From: Candidatus Poribacteria bacterium
GTDB taxonomy: Bacteria; Poribacteria; WGA-4E; WGA-3G
Length of the DNA stretch: 64,000 nucleotides
NCBI GenBank assembly: GCA_965198235.1
Contig: OZ240248.1
Location: 896,001 to 960,000 of the forward strand
Reading direction: 5' to 3'
Both the position numbers and the translations under genes were made by a program. Below are positions 9,699-18,692 of the stretch, piece after piece. The stretch's first letter is position 1; each line of letters starts with the position of its first letter. The notes under the pieces were generated by a model. The model was not told the DNA's origin, searched no databases, and saw only the letters and a list, made by a program, of their open reading frames with translations.

Positions 9699-10235
9699 AT
9701 GACTTTTCTATATGGACTGAACAAACTACGCCTCGGCAGGTTAATGTTAATCACAGGTTTGATGCTTTGTCTCACCGCATGCGGTCCGAAAGCGATCCCC
9801 TATTCACAAAGCACGGATGCACCTGAACCGAACGATGTTGCCGTCGCTCACTATAATTGGGGTATGGCGTACGCCAACGACGGCAATTTTGGACAAGCCA
9901 TCATGGAACTCACCTTGGCAATCCAGAGTGAACCGGGGTGGGTAATGCCATTTTTCACATTAGGCGTTGTCTATGGAAATCTGGGAGAACTCGACAAAGC
10001 CATTCAAGCGTGGGAGCGCGCCACTCAGTTAGATGTTGACTTCGCAAAAGCACATTACAATCTCGCGGTCGCCTATTCACATAAGGCAGAGAAAGGTCTC
10101 TCAATTGCCGCGTTGCGTGAGGCAATTCGCGTAGACAAGGCGGCACTTTCCGCCGCGAAAACGGAACCCGCATTTGACAACATTCGTAACTCCACAGAAT
10201 TCCAAGAATTAAAGAAAGCTACCGAATCAAATTAG
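9699..10235 (+). CDS. TPR lipoprotein
   Basis: Lipobox LTAC; TPR motifs AHYNWGMAY, FFTLGVVY, AHYNLAVAY. Confidence 0.85.
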   Translation: MTFLYGLNKLRLGRLMLITGLMLCLTACGPKAIPYSQSTDAPEPNDVAVAHYNWGMAYANDGNFGQAIMELTLAIQSEPGWVMPFFTLGVVYGNLGELDKAIQAWERATQLDVDFAKAHYNLAVAYSHKAEKGLSIAALREAIRVDKAALSAAKTEPAFDNIRNSTEFQELKKATESN

Positions 10236-10253
10236 TAAAGCCTCAGCGACAAA

Positions 10254-11210
10254 ATGGCGCGTTACACAACTCTTTCACCCACAGAACTCAACCGCATCGT
10301 CTCACAATATCCGATCGGCACATCACTGAAACTTGAGGAAATCCCTGGTGGATTTGGGAACAGCAACTTTAAACTGACGACCACAGAGGGGGAGTTTCTG
10401 CTCAAAATTTGCGATGAAAAAGATCCAGCAGAACTCAATATGCAAATCGCACTATTGCAACATCTCCACCAGCATGCTTATCCGACGGTATACCCAATTC
10501 CAACGAAAGATCAGAAACCACTGACACACGAGGCATTCGGCAGCGTGATGCTCTATCCCTTCTTGCAAGGGGAACAACCACAATCTTCACCGAATACGCT
10601 GGCACAACTCGGTGAGGCGTTGGCAAAACTGCACTGCATTCCACCAATCGCGGGACTGCCCCGTTTCGCAATGGGGATTTCACAAATGATCCCTTTTTTC
10701 AAGGAGGTCCAAGGCACACAATTCGCCACGCACCCCTTCGTTGAATCGTTGAAATCGCAATTGGAATCAATGGAACTACAACTCAATGCACCACTTCCGA
10801 TGGGGCTTCTGCACGGAGACCTTTTTTTAGATAATACCCTTTTCGATGGTGATCAGATGGTTGCGATCCTCGATTTCGAGGAGGGATGTTATGATACATT
10901 GCTAATCGATGTTGGAATGACGCTTATTGGTTGTTGTTATACACCGCAGCATCGGCTAGATCTTGAGTCTGCGCAGCGATTTTTAGACGCTTACAACGCA
11001 TCGCGTCCTTTGACAGAAAACGAGTGGAAATACTTAGACTGCTTCGTTCACTACGCCGCTCTCTCCATAGCGTTCTGGCGATTCAGGCAATTTAACATCC
11101 GTCGTCCAGACGCACACCGCGCCAACACATATCAGGAAATGATTACCCGTAGCACTCAATTTAAGCGTCATAAGAACGATCTCTTGATCCAAACTCGCTG
11201 TAGAAATTGA
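10254..11210 (+). CDS. thrB: homoserine kinase type II / APH-family phosphotransferase
   Basis: MARYTTLS start, GFGNSNF, LHGDLFLDN, ILDFE. Confidence 0.75.
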   Translation: MARYTTLSPTELNRIVSQYPIGTSLKLEEIPGGFGNSNFKLTTTEGEFLLKICDEKDPAELNMQIALLQHLHQHAYPTVYPIPTKDQKPLTHEAFGSVMLYPFLQGEQPQSSPNTLAQLGEALAKLHCIPPIAGLPRFAMGISQMIPFFKEVQGTQFATHPFVESLKSQLESMELQLNAPLPMGLLHGDLFLDNTLFDGDQMVAILDFEEGCYDTLLIDVGMTLIGCCYTPQHRLDLESAQRFLDAYNASRPLTENEWKYLDCFVHYAALSIAFWRFRQFNIRRPDAHRANTYQEMITRSTQFKRHKNDLLIQTRCRN

Positions 11211-11233
11211 GACAAACGCACAAAAAAAGAAAT

Positions 11234-12967
11234 ATGTCTTTAATACGATTAGAACACGTTACCAAATTGTACGATCCAGACCTGATTCTCGACGATATTT
11301 CGGTCTCAATTGAGCACGGCGACCGACTCGGATTAATTGGCCGTAACGGAACTGGAAAAACAACGTTACTTAAAATTATAAATGGTTTGCTTACCAATTT
11401 TAAAGGGAAAGTAGTATTTGCCAAGGGACTGCGCATCGGATACCTCAGTCAAGAACCGGAACTTGCGCGCGACTGTACCCTAAGGCAGGAGATGCTCAAG
11501 GTTTTTGAAAAACGGCGCGCGCTTGAAGATAAAATGCTCCTACTCGCAGAGGAGATGGAGACAGAAGAGGCACCATACCTCTTAGCAGCGTACGCTCGGA
11601 TTCAAGAACAGCATGAACAACTCGGCGGTTACGATTATGAACACGAGATCAATCGTATTCTCGGCGGTTTAGGTTTCAGCGAACCCGACTTCAATCTCCC
11701 GATTCGTGTTCTGAGCGGCGGACAGAAAAGCCGAGCAACACTCGCGAAACTACTCCTTGAAAAGCCAGACCTACTGCTTTTTGACGAACCGACGAATCAC
11801 CTTGACATCAACGGGATTGAGTGGCTCGAAAACTATCTCAACATCGAATATAACGGCGCAGTCCTCGTTGTCTCTCACGACCGGTACTTCTTAGATAAGG
11901 TCGTCCGAAAGGTTTGGGAACTCGAAGAACATCAGATAAAAATCTATCGAGGAAACTACTCCAAGTACGTTGAAACTAAAAGGGTTGAACAATTAGTCGC
12001 AGAACGAGCATTCAAAAAACAGCAGGCGTTCATTGAACACGAAGAGGACTTTATTCGCCGCAATATTGCGGGGCAACGTACACGAGAGGCACAAGGTAGA
12101 CAGAAAAAACTGGACCGCTTGGAAAAAGCCGAAAAACCGAAACCCGATGCACCCACCTTCAACCTTAGTTTCACGCCTGAAACCCGTGGTGGAAACGACA
12201 TTCTCCGATGCCAAAACATTGGCAAAGCATTCGGCGACAAGGTCGTTTTCACGGATTTGAATTTTGAGGTATACCGTCGCGATGTTATCGGAATTATTGG
12301 GGCGAACGGTACCGGAAAAACGACGTTCTTCCGAATGATTTTAGGCGACGAAGCACCAACCGAGGGCGAAATGTGGGTAGGTCCTACGCTCAAGTTTGGG
12401 TACTATGCACAAGAATTGGAGAAACTCAACCCGGACAACGAAATTATTGACGAAATCTGGGCACTTCAACCAAAGCATACACACGGCGAAATACGTAACT
12501 TCTTGAGTAAGTTTCTATTTTCCGGTGACGATGTGTTCAAAAGGATCGGAAACCTAAGCGGCGGAGAGCAGAGCCGTGTTTTACTCGCGAAGTTGTTATT
12601 AGCGAATGCCAACGTCCTACTCCTTGATGAACCGACGAACCATCTCGACATCCCGGCGCGTGAAGCGTTGGAAGTAGCACTGGCGGAATATCCAGCAACG
12701 CTTTTTATCATTTCTCACGACCGATACTTGCTAAACAACCTCGCAACAAAACTGTTAATTTTTGACGGTAAACCCGGAGGGACTGCGGAACTTTTCAAAG
12801 GCAACTATGCCGAGTATGTGGCACAGCAGCAACAAGCACTTCAAGCAAATCAACCGCGTGAAAGCAACCCAGAAACACAATACATTCAAACTAACTCACC
12901 GAAATCTAAGTCGAAATCAAAGCGAAAGCGAAAAATGAAGGCACAACGTCTCGTCGGTAGCAACTAA
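11234..12967 (+). CDS. ABC-F family ATPase
   Basis: Two ABC cassettes (GRNGTGKT/LSGGQ/DEPTNHLD and GANGTGKT/LSGGE/DEPTNHLD); no transmembrane segments. Confidence 0.92.
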   Translation: MSLIRLEHVTKLYDPDLILDDISVSIEHGDRLGLIGRNGTGKTTLLKIINGLLTNFKGKVVFAKGLRIGYLSQEPELARDCTLRQEMLKVFEKRRALEDKMLLLAEEMETEEAPYLLAAYARIQEQHEQLGGYDYEHEINRILGGLGFSEPDFNLPIRVLSGGQKSRATLAKLLLEKPDLLLFDEPTNHLDINGIEWLENYLNIEYNGAVLVVSHDRYFLDKVVRKVWELEEHQIKIYRGNYSKYVETKRVEQLVAERAFKKQQAFIEHEEDFIRRNIAGQRTREAQGRQKKLDRLEKAEKPKPDAPTFNLSFTPETRGGNDILRCQNIGKAFGDKVVFTDLNFEVYRRDVIGIIGANGTGKTTFFRMILGDEAPTEGEMWVGPTLKFGYYAQELEKLNPDNEIIDEIWALQPKHTHGEIRNFLSKFLFSGDDVFKRIGNLSGGEQSRVLLAKLLLANANVLLLDEPTNHLDIPAREALEVALAEYPATLFIISHDRYLLNNLATKLLIFDGKPGGTAELFKGNYAEYVAQQQQALQANQPRESNPETQYIQTNSPKSKSKSKRKRKMKAQRLVGSN

Positions 12968-13043
12968 AAAACCGCTAATTTTAGCAAAACACCGAGTTTG
13001 GACGAAAAAAATGCTGAAAATTACTATTTTTTTGCGGTTTAAT

Positions 13044-13072
13044 TTGACATCTGGATAAAGTCGGTGTATAAT
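13044..13072 (+). promoter_or_regulatory. consensus sigma70 promoter
   Basis: Perfect TTGACA-17nt-TATAAT upstream of the MarR gene. Confidence 0.75.
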
Positions 13073-13211
13073 TATTATATCGTATACGACGGAAATTGTA
13101 TCCAATATAGGATATATTAACCTTTTATGATTTAACACGGGTTAAAAAACAACGCCCTATACTGCCGACTTTCATTCAACAGTAAGTTTGGCTTGAAAGT
13201 ATCGCCAAAAA

Positions 13212-14078
13212 ATGTCTAAAGACCAGGAATTCCATAACGAAATTGATGTCGTGATGCGTGTAATGCGTCATGCGCAAGCGGCTGTCAAATCCAGGTTTAT
13301 TCAGGAAGTCGTCCCCAATCGTCTGACGATTGTCCAGTTTAACGCGCTTCAACATCTTCATTGGTATGGGCGCGAGGCTGGTATGTCAGTGAGTGAACTC
13401 GGCGAGCACTTGGGTCTCGCCCATAATACAACATCTGCCTTAGTCAGTCGCCTTGAACGGCACAGCTGGGTAGTCCGTCGTAAATGCGATAAGGATCGGA
13501 GACGTGCGCGGATTAAACTCACGCCACAGTCTGAACACCTTTTCCGAGAGCGCGTAAAACACGCGACAAACTTTTGGGAAAGCACTTTTGGGCAGTTATC
13601 CACACAAGAGCAGGAAAACTTGATTGAAAGCCTAAAACGGCTGAAACAGGTGATGGCGAAGCCAGTGTGGCCAAGCTATGCACAGTTACATCCACGTGAC
13701 GCAGACCACCTACAAAAACGGTTTGAAGCGGATCTGGACGAACTTGCACAAGCAAAACTCAAGCTTGTCGGGATGCGATTGATTCTCGCACAAATCGCCG
13801 AAAAGCGCAATGAACATGAACTCGCAGCGTACTTGAATCAAGCTGCTTCTGAGGAGATACGCCATACGGACCAACTGTTGGCAATGCTCGGACATGGTGA
13901 AAATTTCGAGAGACTCCTCTCATCACTCGTCCATGAAGACTCCTTGGTCTATGAGGAATTGTTATCCTTGCTCGAGACTAACCCTCATGCCGAAGAAGAC
14001 GAGGAATTAATCTTCCTACAACAGATGGTTCAAGATAGCCAAAGATATAAACGTTGGTTTCGCAGTGTCCACAAATAA
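13212..14078 (+). CDS. MarR family regulator with C-terminal ferritin-like helical domain
   Basis: LTIVQFNAL...MSVSELGEHLG...DKDRRRARIKLT (MarR winged HTH); C-terminal ASEEIRH (ExxH). Confidence 0.8.
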   Translation: MSKDQEFHNEIDVVMRVMRHAQAAVKSRFIQEVVPNRLTIVQFNALQHLHWYGREAGMSVSELGEHLGLAHNTTSALVSRLERHSWVVRRKCDKDRRRARIKLTPQSEHLFRERVKHATNFWESTFGQLSTQEQENLIESLKRLKQVMAKPVWPSYAQLHPRDADHLQKRFEADLDELAQAKLKLVGMRLILAQIAEKRNEHELAAYLNQAASEEIRHTDQLLAMLGHGENFERLLSSLVHEDSLVYEELLSLLETNPHAEEDEELIFLQQMVQDSQRYKRWFRSVHK

Positions 14079-14100
14079 ACGAATCAGTGACTTCTATTTT

Positions 14101-14192
14101 GTCAATGACCACTCGAGTTTCTGATGGCAGTTTAGCGAGGTTTGTATAGCAAACTTCGCTGAAAGTCAGAAACCACTTTCCCGGTCAATGAC
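14101..14192. repeat. long hairpin flanked by GTCAATGAC direct repeats
   Basis: GTTTCTGA..TTTAGCGAGGTTTG-tatag-CAAACTTCGCTGAA..TCAGAAAC; GTCAATGAC at 14101 and 14184. Confidence 0.65.
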
Positions 14193-14207
14193 GCTTAAGA
14201 GGAGAAC

Positions 14208-14822
14208 ATGCAGTCCCAAAGCCCAGAAAGCCTTCCTCCAGAACGTAACGAGGATATTGAACTAATTGAGCGATTTCAACAAGGCGACACCGCCGCATTT
14301 GATATGCTCTTTACCCGCTACCAAAAACGCACCTACCGTTTGGTGCAACGCTTCGTCCCAAACCCAGAAGATGCATCGGACCTGACACAAGACGCTTTTA
14401 TACGCGCGTATCAAGGATTAGGCGACTTCAAGAGTCAGTGTCAGTTTTACAGTTGGCTTTACCGAATCACGGTGAATCTCTGTATCGATTTCCTACGGAA
14501 AAAAGCGAGATCGGAAGTACTCCTGTACAACTCCGACGAATCCGAGGAACTGCCGATGTCGAATATTCCGGATCCCCGCTCAGAATCACCAGCAAAAGCA
14601 ATCGAAAATAAGGAATTGAGAGCCCATATCCGGAAAGCAGTCCGTCGGCTTCCCCCAAAGCAGCGGCAAATCTTTATTTTACGACACTGGGACGGGCTAT
14701 CGCTTAAAGATATTGCTGCTACCGTTGGACGATCCGATGGAACAGTCAAAGCCCACCTGCTCCACGCGCATCGTAACCTTCGCAAACATCTCCGCCCTTA
14801 CCTACGAGAAACAGATTTTTAA
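14208..14822 (+). CDS. ECF sigma-70 factor
   Basis: DLTQDAFIRAY, FYSWLYRITVNLCID, LPPKQRQIFILR, GTVKAHL; SD GAGGAG. Confidence 0.92.
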   Translation: MQSQSPESLPPERNEDIELIERFQQGDTAAFDMLFTRYQKRTYRLVQRFVPNPEDASDLTQDAFIRAYQGLGDFKSQCQFYSWLYRITVNLCIDFLRKKARSEVLLYNSDESEELPMSNIPDPRSESPAKAIENKELRAHIRKAVRRLPPKQRQIFILRHWDGLSLKDIAATVGRSDGTVKAHLLHAHRNLRKHLRPYLRETDF

Positions 14823-14838
14823 ACTATAAGCACTCGCG

Positions 14839-14948
14839 CATCGTTCCACTACGTTTCACGATGGTTACTGATTTAGTTGAAGCCGCTTCTGTTGCAAAAG
14901 CCCTGTTTGAATACATCGGAAACCACCGCGTAATGAAATGGAGCGGTG
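14839..14948. repeat. divergent pair of GNA-capped hairpins
   Basis: (-) CATCGT-GAAACGTAGTGGA-ACGATG and (+) CACCGC-GTAATGAAATGGA-GCGGTG. Confidence 0.75.
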
Positions 14949-15068
14949 CTCAGGTGTTAATCATTTAAAAATTGTATGCGCGCTGACTCAGGGCGCATAC
15001 TTCCACGATGTAGGTAAGGGATCAAGTCTCGAAACGTCTTACGCGTAGACACCAGTACTCGGTATCCC

Positions 15069-16061
15069 TTACGCGTCTGCTGTCTCATCTGCGAAGAGTG
15101 CCTCAACGAAATCCGCACCCGTGAAATCTCGCAAATCGTCGAGCTTCTCACCAATACCGATAAGTTTGACAGGTGCACCGATTTCCGCATTCACCGCGAT
15201 TACGATACCCCCTTTGGCAGTGCCATCCAGTTTTGTAACTGCTACTCCCGTAATCGGTACTGCATCATTGAAAATCTTTGCCTGCATCAGGGCGTTTTGA
15301 CCAACAGTTCCATCAACGACAAGCAGGACCTCATGGGGTGCACCGGTGTGCGCTCGTCCCATCACACGTCCAATCTTCGACAATTCATCCATCAGTGGTT
15401 TTTTGGTATGCAACCTGCCGGCAGTGTCCACAATGAGTACATCCGCATCGCGATGCTTCGCTGCGTGAATCGCATCGAAGACGACAGAGGCGGGTTCAGC
15501 ATTTTCACCGCCCCGGATGAGTTCGGCTCCAGCACGCTCACACCAAATACTGAGTTGATCCTCCGCTGCCGCGCGGAACGTATCACCCGCGGCAACAAGC
15601 ACGCGGCATCCGTTCGTAGTAAAACGACTTGCAAGTTTGCCGATAGTTGTCGTTTTTCCCGCACCATTCACACCCAACACCAAAATCGTATACGGTTTCT
15701 CATCTTTAATTTGCAACGGCACATCTTCTCCAAGCAAATTCAGAATTTCCGATTTTAGGACGGATGCCAACTCTGAAGAATCGATTAACCCTTCCGACTT
15801 CACCCTTTCTCTAACATTATCCATTAAGGTCAAGGTCGTATCAACTCCTACATCTGACTGGATTAAAATCTCCTCAATCTCTTCCATCAGATCTTCGTCA
15901 ATTCTTCTCCCAACCCGTAGTAGCCCCGACAGCTGAGACAGGAACTGGTCCCGGGTTTTCGTCAAGCCGGACTTGAGCCGATCAAACCAGTTTCCTTGCT
16001 TATCTACAGCCTCGGATTTATCGTGGCTTTTATCATCACCTTTAAACAAATTCCTGAGCAT
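15069..16061 (-). CDS. ftsY: signal recognition particle receptor FtsY
   Basis: GVNGAGKTTT, DTFRAAA, DTAGRL, TKLDGTAKGG. Confidence 0.97.
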   Translation of the reverse strand: MLRNLFKGDDKSHDKSEAVDKQGNWFDRLKSGLTKTRDQFLSQLSGLLRVGRRIDEDLMEEIEEILIQSDVGVDTTLTLMDNVRERVKSEGLIDSSELASVLKSEILNLLGEDVPLQIKDEKPYTILVLGVNGAGKTTTIGKLASRFTTNGCRVLVAAGDTFRAAAEDQLSIWCERAGAELIRGGENAEPASVVFDAIHAAKHRDADVLIVDTAGRLHTKKPLMDELSKIGRVMGRAHTGAPHEVLLVVDGTVGQNALMQAKIFNDAVPITGVAVTKLDGTAKGGIVIAVNAEIGAPVKLIGIGEKLDDLRDFTGADFVEALFADETADA

Positions 16062-16458
16062 TATCTTTCCTTTTTTCTCCTTATATTGTGTCTATAACTT
16101 TCAGCAGAAACCTTGCCCGCTTCTTTCATATAATACAGTAACAACAAGCAAAAAGGCAAACGAAAATTCGCATGGACATCCACAACAATGTAAATAAAAA
16201 ATTTACTGAGACATCGTATCTTTTTAGAGGATAGGTTCCCAAAAAAGAGCACGGTGTTTCAAGGCGTACAAATTTCCTTGAACACTTCGCCATTTTGTTG
16301 TATACTAAATTGTGTCATTAAGATACAAATTTTTTCCATTATATTTCAAACCATTAAAGAGATCTTCTTGGAAAAATTAGATTGAGGAAGAGTGAGGTGG
16401 GAAACTTCACTAGTGAAATACAAAACCCATCTGTTCTTAAAAAAATGAGGTATTCATC

Positions 16459-17025
16459 ATGAAAACGCACACACGAAACCTGCTCGCTGTACTGGCGATA
16501 ACTCTACTTTTCACCGCTTGTGCCAGCGAAAAGCAATTAGAAGAAATCATTCAACAATCCGACGAAGAAGAAACTACAACCGTGGAAGAATCTATCCAAC
16601 CCGTAGAACCGGTAGTAGCACTCCCCGGCTTGCCTGATGATGTTGCAGGCTATACACAATGGCTCAAATTAAACGCAGAACCTATCCCTCCTGCGGGTGG
16701 TGGTGACCCGCACAATGGCACAAAAAACGTCTACGTAAATCAAACGCGCGATACTATCGCACCGAACGGGACACAGCAATTTCCATATCCAAATGGAAGC
16801 ATCGTCGTCAAGGAAGCATCCCGTCCCGGTAAGGATTATGTTGGGCTCATCGCGATTATGCAGAAAAAAGCAGGCACGGACCCCGATCACAACGATTGGA
16901 AGTTCATTGAATACGTTCGAAACGCGCCAGATGCTGAGTTCAGCGTCATAGCACAAGACCATATCTGCTGGGGATGCCATGCCCAAGTCGAAGATATTGA
17001 TTACGTTTTCACGGAACTTGACTAA
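16459..17025 (+). CDS. cytochrome P460 family lipoprotein
   Basis: Lipobox FTAC; YPNGSIVVKE, IAIMQK, DWKF and C-terminal CWGCH. Confidence 0.8.
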   Translation: MKTHTRNLLAVLAITLLFTACASEKQLEEIIQQSDEEETTTVEESIQPVEPVVALPGLPDDVAGYTQWLKLNAEPIPPAGGGDPHNGTKNVYVNQTRDTIAPNGTQQFPYPNGSIVVKEASRPGKDYVGLIAIMQKKAGTDPDHNDWKFIEYVRNAPDAEFSVIAQDHICWGCHAQVEDIDYVFTELD

Positions 17026-17042
17026 AACATAAGGAGAATCTT

Positions 17043-18278
17043 TTGAAGTCATACCACAATGACTGTGTGAGGCACCTCAGTAATAACACCTCATTGCCAA
17101 GACGATTGGATATATCCGGAGGTGTATCATTGCTACTATGGCTCGCGTTTATAGCCAGTGTCTCACTCAGTCTTTCTTTCCCGATCATTGTGGAGGCACG
17201 CCCTGAGTTTGCAACCGAGCTTGGAAAAGAGTGCAGCTTTTGTCATCTTGACCCGGCTGGCGGCGGACCCCGAAATCGGGTCGGCGAGATTTTTGAAGAG
17301 AACTATTTCGAATTTCCCGAAGATTTCGATATGGAAGCCGTGACTGAAGAAGTCAAGAAAGTTGTCAAGCGACTCACAACTTCCCTCGATTTTCAGACCG
17401 CTTTTATCAAAACAACGCATGTCAATGAAGCGGAGAACGCTATCGCTGGATGTAATTCATGCCACTCTTCGATCGACAGATTTCTGCTCATGCAAGCAGA
17501 AGTAACGTTCAACGCGCAAGCCTCTGAACACGTTCGCCTTACCCTTTCCAATAACGTCGGGACAACGATGAATGCATTTGCAACGGTAGATGCTATTCCA
17601 AAACATCTCTATGTCAAAGTCGGACAGTTTCGACTGCCATTCGCTATCAAACAGAAGGACCATAATATCCTTGTTCGAGAAGGGTATGGACTTGGTTCTA
17701 ATAAACGGGATGTCGGCGTTGAAATCGGTGGAAATGCTGGAAAGATTTTCTACAATGCCGCTTTTTTTAATGCCAACAACACCGCAGCGAAAGGTGGACT
17801 CGGGACCCTTGGTGCCCAACTCGGACCGATTCGAGCAGGCGTATCCGCAATACTTGAGAAACCGAGCGAAGACTGGGAACGACTCATCGGGGCATTTTTC
17901 ACTGCCTCCTACGCAGGTGTGAGTATCGAAGGTGAATTCAATTTTGGAAACAGTGGAGAGGTAGCCTCTTTCACACCGGACACCGTTGATTCAAAAGGGT
18001 ACTACGTCGGGGCAAAATATCGTATTCTCCCCCAACTCACCGTTGCGGGTCGATACGGTCTGTTTGACCCAGATCGAATGATTAAGGGAGATGCAAGCCA
18101 ACGGGTCACACTCAGTGCTCAGTACAATTTTATCGAAAACGGGGCAATTTCTCTCTTTTACTGGGCAAACCTTGCCAACGCTGATCACAGCACCGATGAT
18201 ACCATTACAGACAAAGGCACACTACGCCAACTTCAAGGTACAGACCAAATTATTTTGATGTCACGATTCTGGTTCTAA
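17043..18278 (+). CDS. putative outer-membrane beta-barrel with two CxxCH heme motifs
   Basis: Hydrophobic signal region, CSFCH and CNSCH, porin-like VKVGQFRLPF / DVGVEIGG / RYGLFDPD, terminal aromatic RFWF. Confidence 0.7.
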   Translation: MKSYHNDCVRHLSNNTSLPRRLDISGGVSLLLWLAFIASVSLSLSFPIIVEARPEFATELGKECSFCHLDPAGGGPRNRVGEIFEENYFEFPEDFDMEAVTEEVKKVVKRLTTSLDFQTAFIKTTHVNEAENAIAGCNSCHSSIDRFLLMQAEVTFNAQASEHVRLTLSNNVGTTMNAFATVDAIPKHLYVKVGQFRLPFAIKQKDHNILVREGYGLGSNKRDVGVEIGGNAGKIFYNAAFFNANNTAAKGGLGTLGAQLGPIRAGVSAILEKPSEDWERLIGAFFTASYAGVSIEGEFNFGNSGEVASFTPDTVDSKGYYVGAKYRILPQLTVAGRYGLFDPDRMIKGDASQRVTLSAQYNFIENGAISLFYWANLANADHSTDDTITDKGTLRQLQGTDQIILMSRFWF

Positions 18279-18355
18279 AGGCTTCTGCGTTGGCACCAAG
18301 GTGCTCAATTCTATTCAGAACATGTTTTGGCTCAAATACTACAAATGCTTCACGT

Positions 18356-18385
18356 GTAGGGACGGATCTCCATATCCGTCCCTAT
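18356..18385 (+). repeat. GTAG-type REP-like hairpin
   Basis: GTAG-GGACGGAT-ctccat-ATCCGTCC-ctat. Confidence 0.7.
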
Positions 18386-18496
18386 GTGTTTATATTTACA
18401 CATAACGTCACCCAAAGACACCTTTTTTATCTTTTTCGGTGACGATTAAACTTGACTACTACACCTTAAACGTTTAACATAATGACAATAGTCAGT

Positions 18497-18512
18497 TGGC
18501 ATAAAAATTGCT
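18497..18512 (+). promoter_or_regulatory. possible sigma54 (-24/-12) promoter
   Basis: TGGCATAAAAATTGCT with exact GG-N10-GC spacing, ~180 nt upstream of the A2M gene. Confidence 0.45.
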
Positions 18513-18692
18513 TGGAATTTAAGTATCTTTCGCCCTTTACATTCGCTAATTAGATTTTGGTGTAACTTACGAGTTCCCTTAATCCATAAACTGGAAGCCC
18601 ACAAACAATACCCAAAACAAGAGTTGCGACTGGGTGATTGTACCGAACAGGAAACCTATAAGGACAGGATCTTCAGAGCATAGGAGGTACTT

